Below, one piece after another: positions 1 to 8,410 of a stretch of DNA of 64,000 nucleotides. Position 1 is the stretch's first letter. The number at the start of each line of letters is the position of its first letter. The position numbers were made by a program, and so were the translations under genes. The DNA is from Ignavibacteriota bacterium (lineage in GTDB: Bacteria > Bacteroidota > Ignavibacteria > UBA10030 > UBA6906), in NCBI GenBank assembly GCA_963801355.1, contig CAWDEM010000004.1, forward strand, positions 32,001 through 96,000. Direction: 5' to 3'. The notes under the pieces are model-generated. The model ran no database searches. It was not told where the DNA came from and saw nothing but the letters and a program-made list of their open reading frames with translations.

Positions 1-1305
1 CGTCTTTGGCCATCGAATCAGAAATGGCAGTCACTCGAGCAGAGCCTTCGGAGAAGCTTTCTGAGCGCCTGTGCAATCTTGGCACTTGCATCTGTTATTG
101 GCATTCTTAGGTCTGGCCCAACTCAGAGAGATCTTATGCTTGAAGAGATGGTGAAGGCCCATATCGAGCAGGGCTTAACGGGCACAAAGGGATTCAACGT
201 AGCCACGCGTTGGCTCACTACCAAGACCGATGTCTTCCTAAATGGCCACCCAGTTTATGCTTCGAGCCCGCCCTTGTATTCTCTGGTTTCCATACCTCTT
301 TACGTGGCCATGGGCAACAATTGGAGAGCGATCAGGATGACCCCTGTGATTCTAGCCTTCATTTACCTCTATGGGGTTTTCATCCTTGCCGTTTCGTCCC
401 TTCGTATGAAAAGGCGGTACTTGCTAGTGCTTTTTGCGCTATCTCCTATGATCCTTATCTATGCGACCGAGTTGGAAATAAACACTGGCACGGTAGGTCT
501 GGCGTTGCTGTGTTATGTTTGCATTCTGGAATTTCTCAAGAACTATCGGCTCGGTTGGATTCTGTGGGCGGCACTCTTCTATTTACTTGCATTCTGGACT
601 TCGTATCTTGCTGCCTCGGTTTCTTTGCCTATCCTTGCGCAACTTCTCTTACACCCAGAGCTGCCTCGATCAAAACGTTTGTCATCGGCCCTGCTTTGGG
701 TCGCGTTTGTGGTTCTAGGAGTGGGTTTGGCTGTTTTGCATTTGTCGTTGATTCCTGGCGCTCTCTCGGATGTCCTCCCACGTATCACACTGCGATTCTC
801 TGGACACCTCGAGGCCGAAAAGGTCAACATGATTCCCTTTACGTCCTTTGTGCTTCGACAGACTGTGCGGGTGTTGACTCATTTTACCCCCATTGAGTTG
901 CTTCTTGCTCTGGTTGCGGTTGTTCGCTCCATCGTCGTTTTTGGAAGTGCACTAATTCGCCGAAGGCAACTTGATACTCAGGAAGGACTTCTGAATGCTA
1001 TCAATGTGCAGTTGTTTTCCTGGGGGTTTCCATTTGGAGTTATCGCTATCAACGTCGCATACATACATCCACACACATTGCACTACTTCTCCCCCTTCTT
1101 TGCCTTTGGTTCTATGGTTGGGCTAGATTGGCTTCTACAGAAGCTAAGATCAGAGAAAGCAAGGGGAGTAGCAGCCCTCACAACAGTTGTGATCTTCATC
1201 ATACTCTCTTTCGCTCGAACTGCCTACACTGTTTCTGGCCAAGGGCTGCCTGAGCTGCTTGGTCAACTATTGCCGAAAACCTGGATGTCAGCAATGGGTT
1301 GGTAG
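1..1305 (+). CDS. Polytopic membrane glycosyltransferase, ArnT/PMT (GT-C)-like; 5'-truncated by window edge
   Basis: Frame is open from base 1 (RLWPSNQ...) into ORF 79..1305. Many hydrophobic helices and a 'YASSPPLY' loop like the GT-C 'HPPL' motif. Neighbours are a GT2 and a methyltransferase. Confidence 0.6.
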   Translation, partial: RLWPSNQKWQSLEQSLRRSFLSACAILALASVIGILRSGPTQRDLMLEEMVKAHIEQGLTGTKGFNVATRWLTTKTDVFLNGHPVYASSPPLYSLVSIPLYVAMGNNWRAIRMTPVILAFIYLYGVFILAVSSLRMKRRYLLVLFALSPMILIYATELEINTGTVGLALLCYVCILEFLKNYRLGWILWAALFYLLAFWTSYLAASVSLPILAQLLLHPELPRSKRLSSALLWVAFVVLGVGLAVLHLSLIPGALSDVLPRITLRFSGHLEAEKVNMIPFTSFVLRQTVRVLTHFTPIELLLALVAVVRSIVVFGSALIRRRQLDTQEGLLNAINVQLFSWGFPFGVIAINVAYIHPHTLHYFSPFFAFGSMVGLDWLLQKLRSEKARGVAALTTVVIFIILSFARTAYTVSGQGLPELLGQLLPKTWMSAMGW

Positions 1306-1385
1306 GATAATCCAGGCAATTGGGGTTGAGGCTTTGTCCTTGGGCTGACCTCTTTTTTCTGTGATTATCAACCTTCAGGTACTCC

Positions 1386-2105
1386 ATGGAAATGCACCAT
1401 ACGCAAGCCCCCGAATACTTCGGCCGGGACCTTGAAGCAATGTGGTTCGCACGGAACTACTATGCATGGGTATTCGACGAATTCCGGCCCTTCCTGGGGA
1501 AGAACGTGGGGGAAGTGGGAGCTGGGTCAGGAACCTTTGCGGACTTCGTTCTCAAGGCCGGGGTAAGTACCCTTGTCGCGTTTGAACCATCTGCAAATAT
1601 GTTTCCGCTTCTCCAACAAAGGCTCTCCCGGTGTCATGCAGCACTTGCGGTGCAAGGTTTTCTTGAGACACACGCACGGGCCTATAGGGAAGCTTTCGAT
1701 TCAATCTTGTACGTCAATGTCCTGGAACATGTGGAATACGACGCGCAAGAACTCAGCATTGCCAGAACAACTCTGCAGCCAAATGGTTACCTCCTAGCTC
1801 TTGTTCCTGCCCAACCTTGGCTCTATAGCGACTTCGACCGGCACGTGGGCCATTTCAGGCGCTACACCAAAAGGGGCCTGAGAAAACTGGTGGAATGCAA
1901 TGGTTTTTCGATCGTTGAGCTAAAGCACTTCGATGTAGCCGGGATTATACCGTGGTATGTTGCGTATGTTCTGCTGAAACGCACTTTGACTAGTGGAAAT
2001 GTTTCCGCATACGACTCGATCATTGTGCCGGTCATGCGAAGAATCGAGCAGCTCGTGCCACCACCGATAGGGAAAAGTCTCATCCTCATTGCGAGGAAGA
2101 TCTGA
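1386..2105 (+). CDS. Class I SAM-dependent methyltransferase
   Basis: EVGAGSG motif I, 'NVLEHVE', 'VPA...YSDFDRHVGHFRRY', typical of glycan-cluster methyltransferases. Confidence 0.85.
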   Translation: MEMHHTQAPEYFGRDLEAMWFARNYYAWVFDEFRPFLGKNVGEVGAGSGTFADFVLKAGVSTLVAFEPSANMFPLLQQRLSRCHAALAVQGFLETHARAYREAFDSILYVNVLEHVEYDAQELSIARTTLQPNGYLLALVPAQPWLYSDFDRHVGHFRRYTKRGLRKLVECNGFSIVELKHFDVAGIIPWYVAYVLLKRTLTSGNVSAYDSIIVPVMRRIEQLVPPPIGKSLILIARKI

Positions 2106-2185
2106 GCAGAGGTGACGGCCATAAATCCGCCCGATACGCAGTCCTATTTCCGCCATCCAAACCAGGAAAATGGAGAATAGGTCCT

Positions 2186-2899
2186 ATGCTTCTTTCTGTG
2201 ATAGTCCCAGTTTACAACGAACAAGATCATGTGGACCAACTTCTTCAAAGGGTCACCGCGGTTGATCTGCAGCCGCTAGGGCTCTCGATGGAAATCATTG
2301 TCGTGGATGATTGCTCGACTGACAGGACTCCCTATGTTCTCAAGAACTGGAAAGACCGGGGTTCGATCATTCTTCTTAAACACTCAAAGAACCGGGGGAA
2401 GGGGGCGGCACTTCGCACGGGCTTTGGCCATGCAAAAGGGGAGATTGTTCTTGTCCAAGATTCCGACCTCGAGTATGATCCAAATGAGTACACAAAGTTG
2501 CTCAATCCAATAGTGCAGGGGAATGCAGACGTTGTATTCGGTTCCCGGTTCATGGGAGGAGAGGCTCACCGTGTACTTTTCTTCTGGCACTCCGTCGGCA
2601 ACAAGTTTCTCACGCTTCTCTCCAATGTCTTCACCAACCTCAACCTCACAGATATGGAGGTGTGCTATAAAGTCTTTCGGTCGGAAGTTGTACGTCAGAT
2701 TGACATAAAGGAAAAGGGGTTTGGATTCGAGCCTGAAATCACCGCGAAATGTGCGAAGCTGGCCAGGAAAAAGGGAATCCGCATCTTTGAGGTAGGTATT
2801 TCGTACAGCGGGAGAACCTATGCAGAAGGCAAGAAAATTGGCTGGAAGGACGGGTTCCATACACTCTGGTGCATCCTGAGGTATAATCTGGCTTCGTAA
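2186..2899 (+). CDS. GT2 glycosyltransferase (polyprenol-phosphate sugar synthase, DPM1-like)
   Basis: LSVIVPVYNE, VDDCSTD, NRGKGAAL, QDSDLEYDP, GRTYAEGKKIGWKDG. Confidence 0.92.
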   Translation: MLLSVIVPVYNEQDHVDQLLQRVTAVDLQPLGLSMEIIVVDDCSTDRTPYVLKNWKDRGSIILLKHSKNRGKGAALRTGFGHAKGEIVLVQDSDLEYDPNEYTKLLNPIVQGNADVVFGSRFMGGEAHRVLFFWHSVGNKFLTLLSNVFTNLNLTDMEVCYKVFRSEVVRQIDIKEKGFGFEPEITAKCAKLARKKGIRIFEVGISYSGRTYAEGKKIGWKDGFHTLWCILRYNLAS

Positions 2900-2953
2900 A
2901 GCCCCGATCAGAGCCTAAGATGCTCGGACAAGATATTCCTGCGTGTGATACAC

Positions 2954-2978
2954 TCGAAGTGGTGAAATTGGCAGACAC
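2954..2978 (+). other. tRNA-Leu-like 5' fragment (acceptor-stem 5' side plus D-arm only), not a complete tRNA
   Basis: TCGAAGTGGTGAAATTGGCAGACAC resembles the bacterial tRNA-Leu 5' end (GCCGAAGTGGYGRAATTGGYAGACRC). No anticodon arm or TTCGA T-loop follows. Confidence 0.45.
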
Positions 2979-3104
2979 AAGAACTAACACTGAATTTGGA
3001 CCCACGATGGGGGTAAGTACCCATAGCAATTCCACAAACTAATTCTTCGATCATCTTTCAGGGTGTCATCTTTAAAAAGGACAAAGTCAAGAGGGTAAGA
3101 TCTC

Positions 3105-3400
3105 CCGGGGCGAACTTTTCACGAAGAGTTCGCCATGATTCAGTGTAGTTGCGACTTTGACGAGTGTGCCACATGCCACGAGCCGTTCGATTCTCGTTCC
3201 CCGAGGCGCCAACGGCGGCCAGGCATCTTTCGGGGCTTATCAGTGATCCTTACAAAACAGATCACTGCATCGCACACGTTAGGTGCGACCATCCCAGAGG
3301 TTTTCATCGGCACAACACCCGACTTCCCAATCAGGTCAGCGGCCTCGCAAATGCGCGTGCCAGCCCCCACGCCCGGGCTTGTCGGGTGTGGCCGTGGCGC
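3105..3400 (-). ncRNA. Candidate bridge RNA / seekRNA in the IS 3' non-coding end
   Basis: Multiple hairpins (3308-3323 with 3381-3394; 3270-3288; 3241-3267; 3199-3204 with 3230-3235; 3109-3134). 3330-3339 is identical to the target flank 4600-4609, and 3224-3230 is identical to the element end 3067-3073. Confidence 0.65.
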
Positions 3401-3489
3401 TCCAAACAGACTCCCACTACGCTTCTCTCGGCCAGGTTGCCGACGAAGATGATAGATTTTCGGTGAGACGATCTGCGGAGCAAACTGCG

Positions 3490-4515
3490 CCTGGCGTGGC
3501 CAGGCACATGATTTCTGGCGACTGACGGGCTTGCCCTTGAAGCCTCGAAAGACTTCCTTGTCCTTGAGTATGTGATAGACGATTCGCGCAAGTTCTTTGG
3601 CAACGACTGTATGCGCGATGGCCTTGTTGGAACGTCAGAGGATCTTCTGGTAGAAGGCCCTGATCTCCGGGTAGTACCGCTTTGGCATGGACTGCAGCAT
3701 CGGTGAATGCAATCTTCAGGTATCTGTTCCCGTCTTTGCTCCCGGACTTCTGTCGACTCGACCGATTAGAGTTTTTTGCTCCGGGCACAAGGCGAGCAGT
3801 ACGAGAAGAAGTGTTTCTCGTCGGGAAGCGCTCGATCTGATCGATCTCCAGATACACCGAAAGAGCAGTGAGAAGCCCGACGGCCGGAACCCAGAGGAGG
3901 CGTTGAATGTCTTCGTTCGCGAATCAGTTCGGGACGAATCGTTTGCTCGAGCTCTTTGATCTGACGGTTGAAAGGCTGAATCTTGGTCCGTGTGCCACCG
4001 CATCTGGATCTTGTAGGGCTGCGGTAGATGATCGGGAGAAACACCGTCTTTCGGGTCGATTGCCGCTATTGAATTTCTCTCCGATCCGATGGATGGAGTT
4101 CTTTGAGGAGGTCCTCCTCTGGATGAGCCGGAGTCGAGTACGCATCGTGTCTCGGAGGCCCCGAAGTTCGGGACGGATCTTATGTGCCTGGGGAATGAAG
4201 TCCATGCGGAGAAGTTGCGCCAAGGTGCAGGAGTCCACCTTGTCGGTCTTCACCTTCGCATAGGCGATCGCCTTGATATATTTGGCATGAGCAAGCACAA
4301 GCTCAATCCCGTGTGCTTCCAGATAGATCGCTCAACCAGTACCAGTTGGCTGTCGATTCCACGACTGCCCGGTGGGGTCCGGGAAGGCCATGAAAGTAGT
4401 CGAGGATCAGGGCCGGTTCGTTCCGCATCCTTGCTCTCTTGACCACTGCTCCTGCATCATTGACTGTCGTGAGAAAGCAGTTGTCTTTATGGTCGTCGAT
4501 TCCTGTGCAGTACAT
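3490..4515 (-). pseudogene. IS110-family DEDD recombinase/transposase, multiply frameshifted with an in-frame TGA
   Basis: Fragments MYCTGIDDHK...AVVESTANW, KVKTDKVD, YLEIDQIERFP, LVPGAKNS...KDGNRYLK, VAKELARIVYHIL...WPR. Frameshifts at ~4322 and several in 3680-4060. TGA at ~3635-3637 (QKIL*RSN). Confidence 0.9.
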
Positions 4516-4879
4516 GTGGACCTTCTGAGATTGTGGTTGAACGATGCCTCCTTTCCATGTCGTGCAATGTGCATACTCGGGAGGTTCCTTTTTGGCAACA
4601 TCAGGTCAGTTCGAGGATTGAAGAAATGTAGGATCTGCGTATGTACAGAGATTGGTGACAGATGCAGTTCTTTCTCTGCAAAGGGGCCTTGAATCCGTAG
4701 TTATGGTAATAATTCTCAAGATCACGAACGGAGAGGATGAACTATTTGTGGTTTTCTGCTTTTACTTCTGTATATTATGAAGAGTGGTACGAAGAATGCT
4801 TGTACTGCAATTCTAGAGAGAGCAGGACAAAGAAGTATGGTGCAGTTGATAGCAGTCAAGTGATGTAAGGAGAGAAGAG

Positions 4880-7183
4880 ATGAGACAACGTACAGTTGTT
4901 TTTCCAGCACTTGTTCTGATCCTTGTTATGACACGTGGTGCACAAGGTCAGGTAATCAATCACAATCACACAGACTTCAATTCGATTCCTGTTCGCTATC
5001 TTGATCAAGCTCGCTCTCAGTTACATTTTATACTCGAGGGTGCATCACACTCAACTCAAATACCCGTTGGTTTAGCAGCATTAGCAGGATGGGATAGTAA
5101 GTTTTCTGTTCCGGCGAGTATGATTCGTAGTGATGTGGGTGATAATGTGACTTTAGGTACCGGCAATCATGGACAGACTCTAAATTTTCATGAGTGGGCA
5201 ACGCTTGTACGGGGGGTTCTCAAAACTCCCGGCAATGGCATAAATGCTGTTTTATGGATGTGGTGTGGAGAACTGATTGAGAATCCTATAGATTCTGTTA
5301 ATGTATATTTGAGTTTGATCGGTCAACTTGAAACAGACTATCCATCTGTAAAGTTTGTGTATGCAACTCAGCACACATGGGGAAAGGGACCAGGTGATTT
5401 ACTCACTACAAATAATGCTGCTATTCGCAATTATTGCATTGCAAATGGAAAGATGCTCTATGATTTTGAAGATATTGAATGCTACGATCCAGATGGGTTA
5501 GTAAACTACCTACAGTATCATGTGGACGATTTCTGTGACTACTACGCTCCTACTAAACATAACTGGGCAGACGAGTGGATTGCTGCAAATCCTTCATCAT
5601 ATCTTACTGCCATAGCAAGAACGATATGTGATGGTTGCTGTGCTCATTCAAAAGGACTGAATTGTGTACAAAAAGGTGGTGCATTCTGGTGGTTGGCTGC
5701 ACGATTAGCTGGATGGGATGGCACGACAGGAACAGTTGGTGCACCGGGAAGTGTAATTCTGGTCGTCCCCGCTGACAACGTAACAGGTCAGGGGGTCAAC
5801 CCCACGTTACGCTGGCTTTCCACTGCCGATGCGACATCCTACTGGCTCCAGGCCGGCACCAGCAGCAGCTTCACCTCCGGCATTGTCTTCTCCGACTCCA
5901 CTCTTACCGAAACCGCAAAGTCCTTGAGTGGCCTGTCGAACGACACGAAGTACTATTGGCACGTCCGGGCCAAGAACGCCAGCGGTGCCGGGGCATTCTC
6001 CCCAACCTGGTCCTTCACCACAACCGGGGGAAGCCCTGCCGCAACGGTGCTGCGCATTCCGGCAGACAACGCAACAAATCAGGGGCTCACTCCTGCGTTG
6101 TTCTGGCTTCGCACTCCCGGTGCGACATCCTACTGGCTCCAGGCCGGCACCAGTAGCACCTTCACCTCCGGCATTGTCTTCTCCGACTCCACCCTTACTG
6201 ACACCGTGAAGTCCTTGAACGGCCTCTCAAACAACACGAAGTACTACTGGCACGTCCGTGCCAAGAACGCCAGTGGCGCTGGCGCATTTTCCCCAACCTG
6301 GTCCTTCACGACAATAGCTCCCGTTCCCCCCGTGATTACGCTGATAGCGCCTTTGAACAATGCGAGCGTCTCAAGCGACAGCATCAAGTGTGTTTGGCGA
6401 ATCTCCCCATCATGGTGGGACTGGTTTGAAATCTCAACGGATTCCTTGTTTGTCTCTTCGTCGTCTATCGACTCCGCGCTCACCGACACAACAAAAGTGG
6501 TTCGCAACCTTCGCAACAACACGCCGTATTACTGGCGTGTGCGCGGCGGGAATCTTGCAGGTTGGGGACCATTCTCCCTAACCTGGACCTTCACCACGAC
6601 CGGCTCTGTTCCCGGAGTGATTCCGCTGATAACGCCCGTCAACAACGCAAGCGTTTCAAGTGACACTGTCAAATGTGTTTGGGGAGCCTCCCCCTCCTCG
6701 TGGGACTGGTTTGAGATCTCAACGGATTCCTTGTTTGTCTCTTCGACGTCAGTCGATTCCGCGGTGATGAGCTGCACGAAAGTGGTTCGCAACCTGCGCG
6801 ACAACACGCTGTACTACTGGCGTGTGCGCGGAGGGAATCTTACAGGTTGGGGACCGTTCAGCGAACGGCGTAGTTTCAAGGTGTCATATACTGCGGTACG
6901 CGATCAGTACGGTATCCCCCCCACCTTCGCGCTGAACCAGAACTACCCGAATCCGTTCAACCCATCGACGCAGATCGCCTTCGACATCCCCAGGGAAACC
7001 CGCGTGAAGCTCGAGGTGTATAATGTTCTCGGGGCACGGGTGCTGACGTTGGAGGACCGCATCATGTCCGCCGGGTATCACAGCGCTACAGTGCAGGCCG
7101 GCTCCCTTCCGAGCGGGCTCTACCTGTACCGCTTGACAACCCCGGAAGCCTCACTCACCCGGAAGATGTTGCTTATGAAATAA
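4880..7183 (+). CDS. Secreted protein: uncharacterised (possibly SGNH-like) N-terminal domain, 4 fibronectin type III-like repeats, T9SS C-terminal sorting domain
   Basis: Sec signal (..TRGAQG/Q). N-domain 'GASHSTQI...CAHS...WWLAARLAGWDG'. Repeats ending YYWHVRAKN / YYWRVRGGN...WSFTT. Tail LNQNYPNPFNPST...GLYLYRL...TRKMLLMK. Confidence 0.85.
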   Translation: MRQRTVVFPALVLILVMTRGAQGQVINHNHTDFNSIPVRYLDQARSQLHFILEGASHSTQIPVGLAALAGWDSKFSVPASMIRSDVGDNVTLGTGNHGQTLNFHEWATLVRGVLKTPGNGINAVLWMWCGELIENPIDSVNVYLSLIGQLETDYPSVKFVYATQHTWGKGPGDLLTTNNAAIRNYCIANGKMLYDFEDIECYDPDGLVNYLQYHVDDFCDYYAPTKHNWADEWIAANPSSYLTAIARTICDGCCAHSKGLNCVQKGGAFWWLAARLAGWDGTTGTVGAPGSVILVVPADNVTGQGVNPTLRWLSTADATSYWLQAGTSSSFTSGIVFSDSTLTETAKSLSGLSNDTKYYWHVRAKNASGAGAFSPTWSFTTTGGSPAATVLRIPADNATNQGLTPALFWLRTPGATSYWLQAGTSSTFTSGIVFSDSTLTDTVKSLNGLSNNTKYYWHVRAKNASGAGAFSPTWSFTTIAPVPPVITLIAPLNNASVSSDSIKCVWRISPSWWDWFEISTDSLFVSSSSIDSALTDTTKVVRNLRNNTPYYWRVRGGNLAGWGPFSLTWTFTTTGSVPGVIPLITPVNNASVSSDTVKCVWGASPSSWDWFEISTDSLFVSSTSVDSAVMSCTKVVRNLRDNTLYYWRVRGGNLTGWGPFSERRSFKVSYTAVRDQYGIPPTFALNQNYPNPFNPSTQIAFDIPRETRVKLEVYNVLGARVLTLEDRIMSAGYHSATVQAGSLPSGLYLYRLTTPEASLTRKMLLMK
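5760..6885 (+). repeat. Two pairs of intragenic tandem FN3 repeats (291-bp and 285-bp periods)
   Basis: GCGACATCCTACTGGCTCCAGGCCGGCACC at 5831 and 6122; TGGGACTGGTTTGA at 6416 and 6701. Confidence 0.9.
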
Positions 7184-7214
7184 TGCGGGATTCAAGAAAA
7201 GCAGAACTGGCAAT

Positions 7215-7246
7215 AGAAGGCCCGGGTCCGGGCCTTCTGCATTTTA
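7215..7246 (+). terminator. Probable intrinsic terminator after the T9SS protein
   Basis: AGAAGGCCCGG-GT-CCGGGCCTTCT hairpin followed by GCATTTTA. Confidence 0.55.
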
Positions 7247-7304
7247 TGTGCTGCAAATCGGGTTCTTGCTTCTCCAGCCTTTTTGGGGTATGTTTCCACA
7301 TTCC

Positions 7305-7817
7305 ATGAGTAAAGTCACGTGGGCATATCTCCTCGCTCTTGCAGGCACGGCGGTCTGGTGCGCGCTCGTGGTTGCCGCACCTGGTTTCATGCACGCAGGC
7401 GGTGCATGGACTCCAATCGGCGAGACGATCTACACGGGGTTCCATCGCATCTGTCACCAGATTGATGCGCGTTCACTGCATCTCTTCGGATTTCCTCTAG
7501 CAGCGTGCTCACGATGCTCTGCGATCTATTTTGCATTCCTTGCCGGCACGGTGCTCTATCCTTTCGTGCGCCCGCTGCAAACGCCGCACACGCCGTCCAG
7601 GCTGACTTTTTTGCTTGCCCTTGCGCCTGTGCTCGTTGATGTCGGTCTTGCGATCTCGGGTGTCCATGAGAGCGGCACGCTCTCCCGGTTGATTACCGGT
7701 GCATTCTTCGGCGTGATGCTTCCGTTCGTTGTTCTTCCCGTGTACCTTGGTGCGATTCTTGAGCACTCTCCCTCATCTTCAATTCACACACACCTGAAAG
7801 GATCATTCGATGCCTGA
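7305..7817 (+). CDS. DUF2085-type membrane protein
   Basis: ICHQIDARS...CSRCSAIY motif with hydrophobic helices. ATG at 7305 preferred over GTG 7248. Confidence 0.8.
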   Translation: MSKVTWAYLLALAGTAVWCALVVAAPGFMHAGGAWTPIGETIYTGFHRICHQIDARSLHLFGFPLAACSRCSAIYFAFLAGTVLYPFVRPLQTPHTPSRLTFLLALAPVLVDVGLAISGVHESGTLSRLITGAFFGVMLPFVVLPVYLGAILEHSPSSSIHTHLKGSFDA

Positions 7818-8334
7818 AAAACCGAGCAAATTGATGCCCGCCCTCTATGGTGGTATTATTATGGGCATCATTTCGGGGGTTCCCTTCCTCAATTTTGTCA
7901 ACTGTCTTTGCTGCGCCGGGGTGATGTTCGGCGGCTTCATGGCGGTGTTCTTCTATAAGAAAGACCTCCCGCCGGACAATCCCACGTTTACGAACAGCGA
8001 TGGCATGGCCCTCGGCGCGCTGGCCGGCGTATTCGGCGCCGTGTTTGGGAATATCATCACAGGCATTCTTCTGGTCACCGTCGGCAATGTCACCGGTCAG
8101 GCTATGTATGACATGGTCATGGGGCTGTACGGCTCATTGGGGATCCTCGACAAGATGCCTCCGGATGCTATCGAACAAATGGAGTCCAGCATGATGGACT
8201 CGGGCCTGTCGGCCACAAGCATCATTCTTTCATTTGTCATCGACCCATTGTTCGGAATGCTCGGCGGGCTTATCGGCTACGCATTCCTGAAGCCGAAAGA
8301 AAAACCCCCGGCACAAACAGTGGCTCCGGTGTGA
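7810..8334 (+). CDS. Conserved hypothetical membrane protein with NCLCC motif
   Basis: 4 hydrophobic segments with GxxxG motifs; overlaps the upstream gene by 8 bp. Confidence 0.7.
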   Translation: MPEKPSKLMPALYGGIIMGIISGVPFLNFVNCLCCAGVMFGGFMAVFFYKKDLPPDNPTFTNSDGMALGALAGVFGAVFGNIITGILLVTVGNVTGQAMYDMVMGLYGSLGILDKMPPDAIEQMESSMMDSGLSATSIILSFVIDPLFGMLGGLIGYAFLKPKEKPPAQTVAPV

Positions 8335-8410
8335 CAGCTGCCTTGTGAGTGAAGGTAGGCGTTAAGCGAGATGAACACAGGCAGGCGTTGAGCAAGGAAG
8401 GTCCTGGTGC

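Larger units (their letters stand above)
3067..4602 (-). mobile_element. IS110-family insertion sequence, IS1111-like architecture (~1.54 kb)
   Basis: CATC direct repeat at 3067-3070 and 4599-4602. 8-bp sub-terminal inverted repeats AAAAAGGA (3074-3081) and TCCTTTTT (4586-4593). Short 5' end, long structured 3' end, DEDD transposase inside. Confidence 0.85.

Noticed and set aside
2940-3040. Complete tRNA gene
   Set aside because: Only the 5' ~25 nt resemble tRNA-Leu; no anticodon stem, T-loop or matching acceptor 3' strand
3085-3090. Complete circle-junction promoter for the IS
   Set aside because: The -35 TTGACT is present, but the hexamer 17 bp downstream in the predicted junction is GTTGCC, not a credible -10
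5760-6885. Diversity-generating retroelement template/variable repeat pair
   Set aside because: The repeats are in-frame FN3 domain duplications, differences are not confined to adenines, and there is no reverse transcriptase nearby
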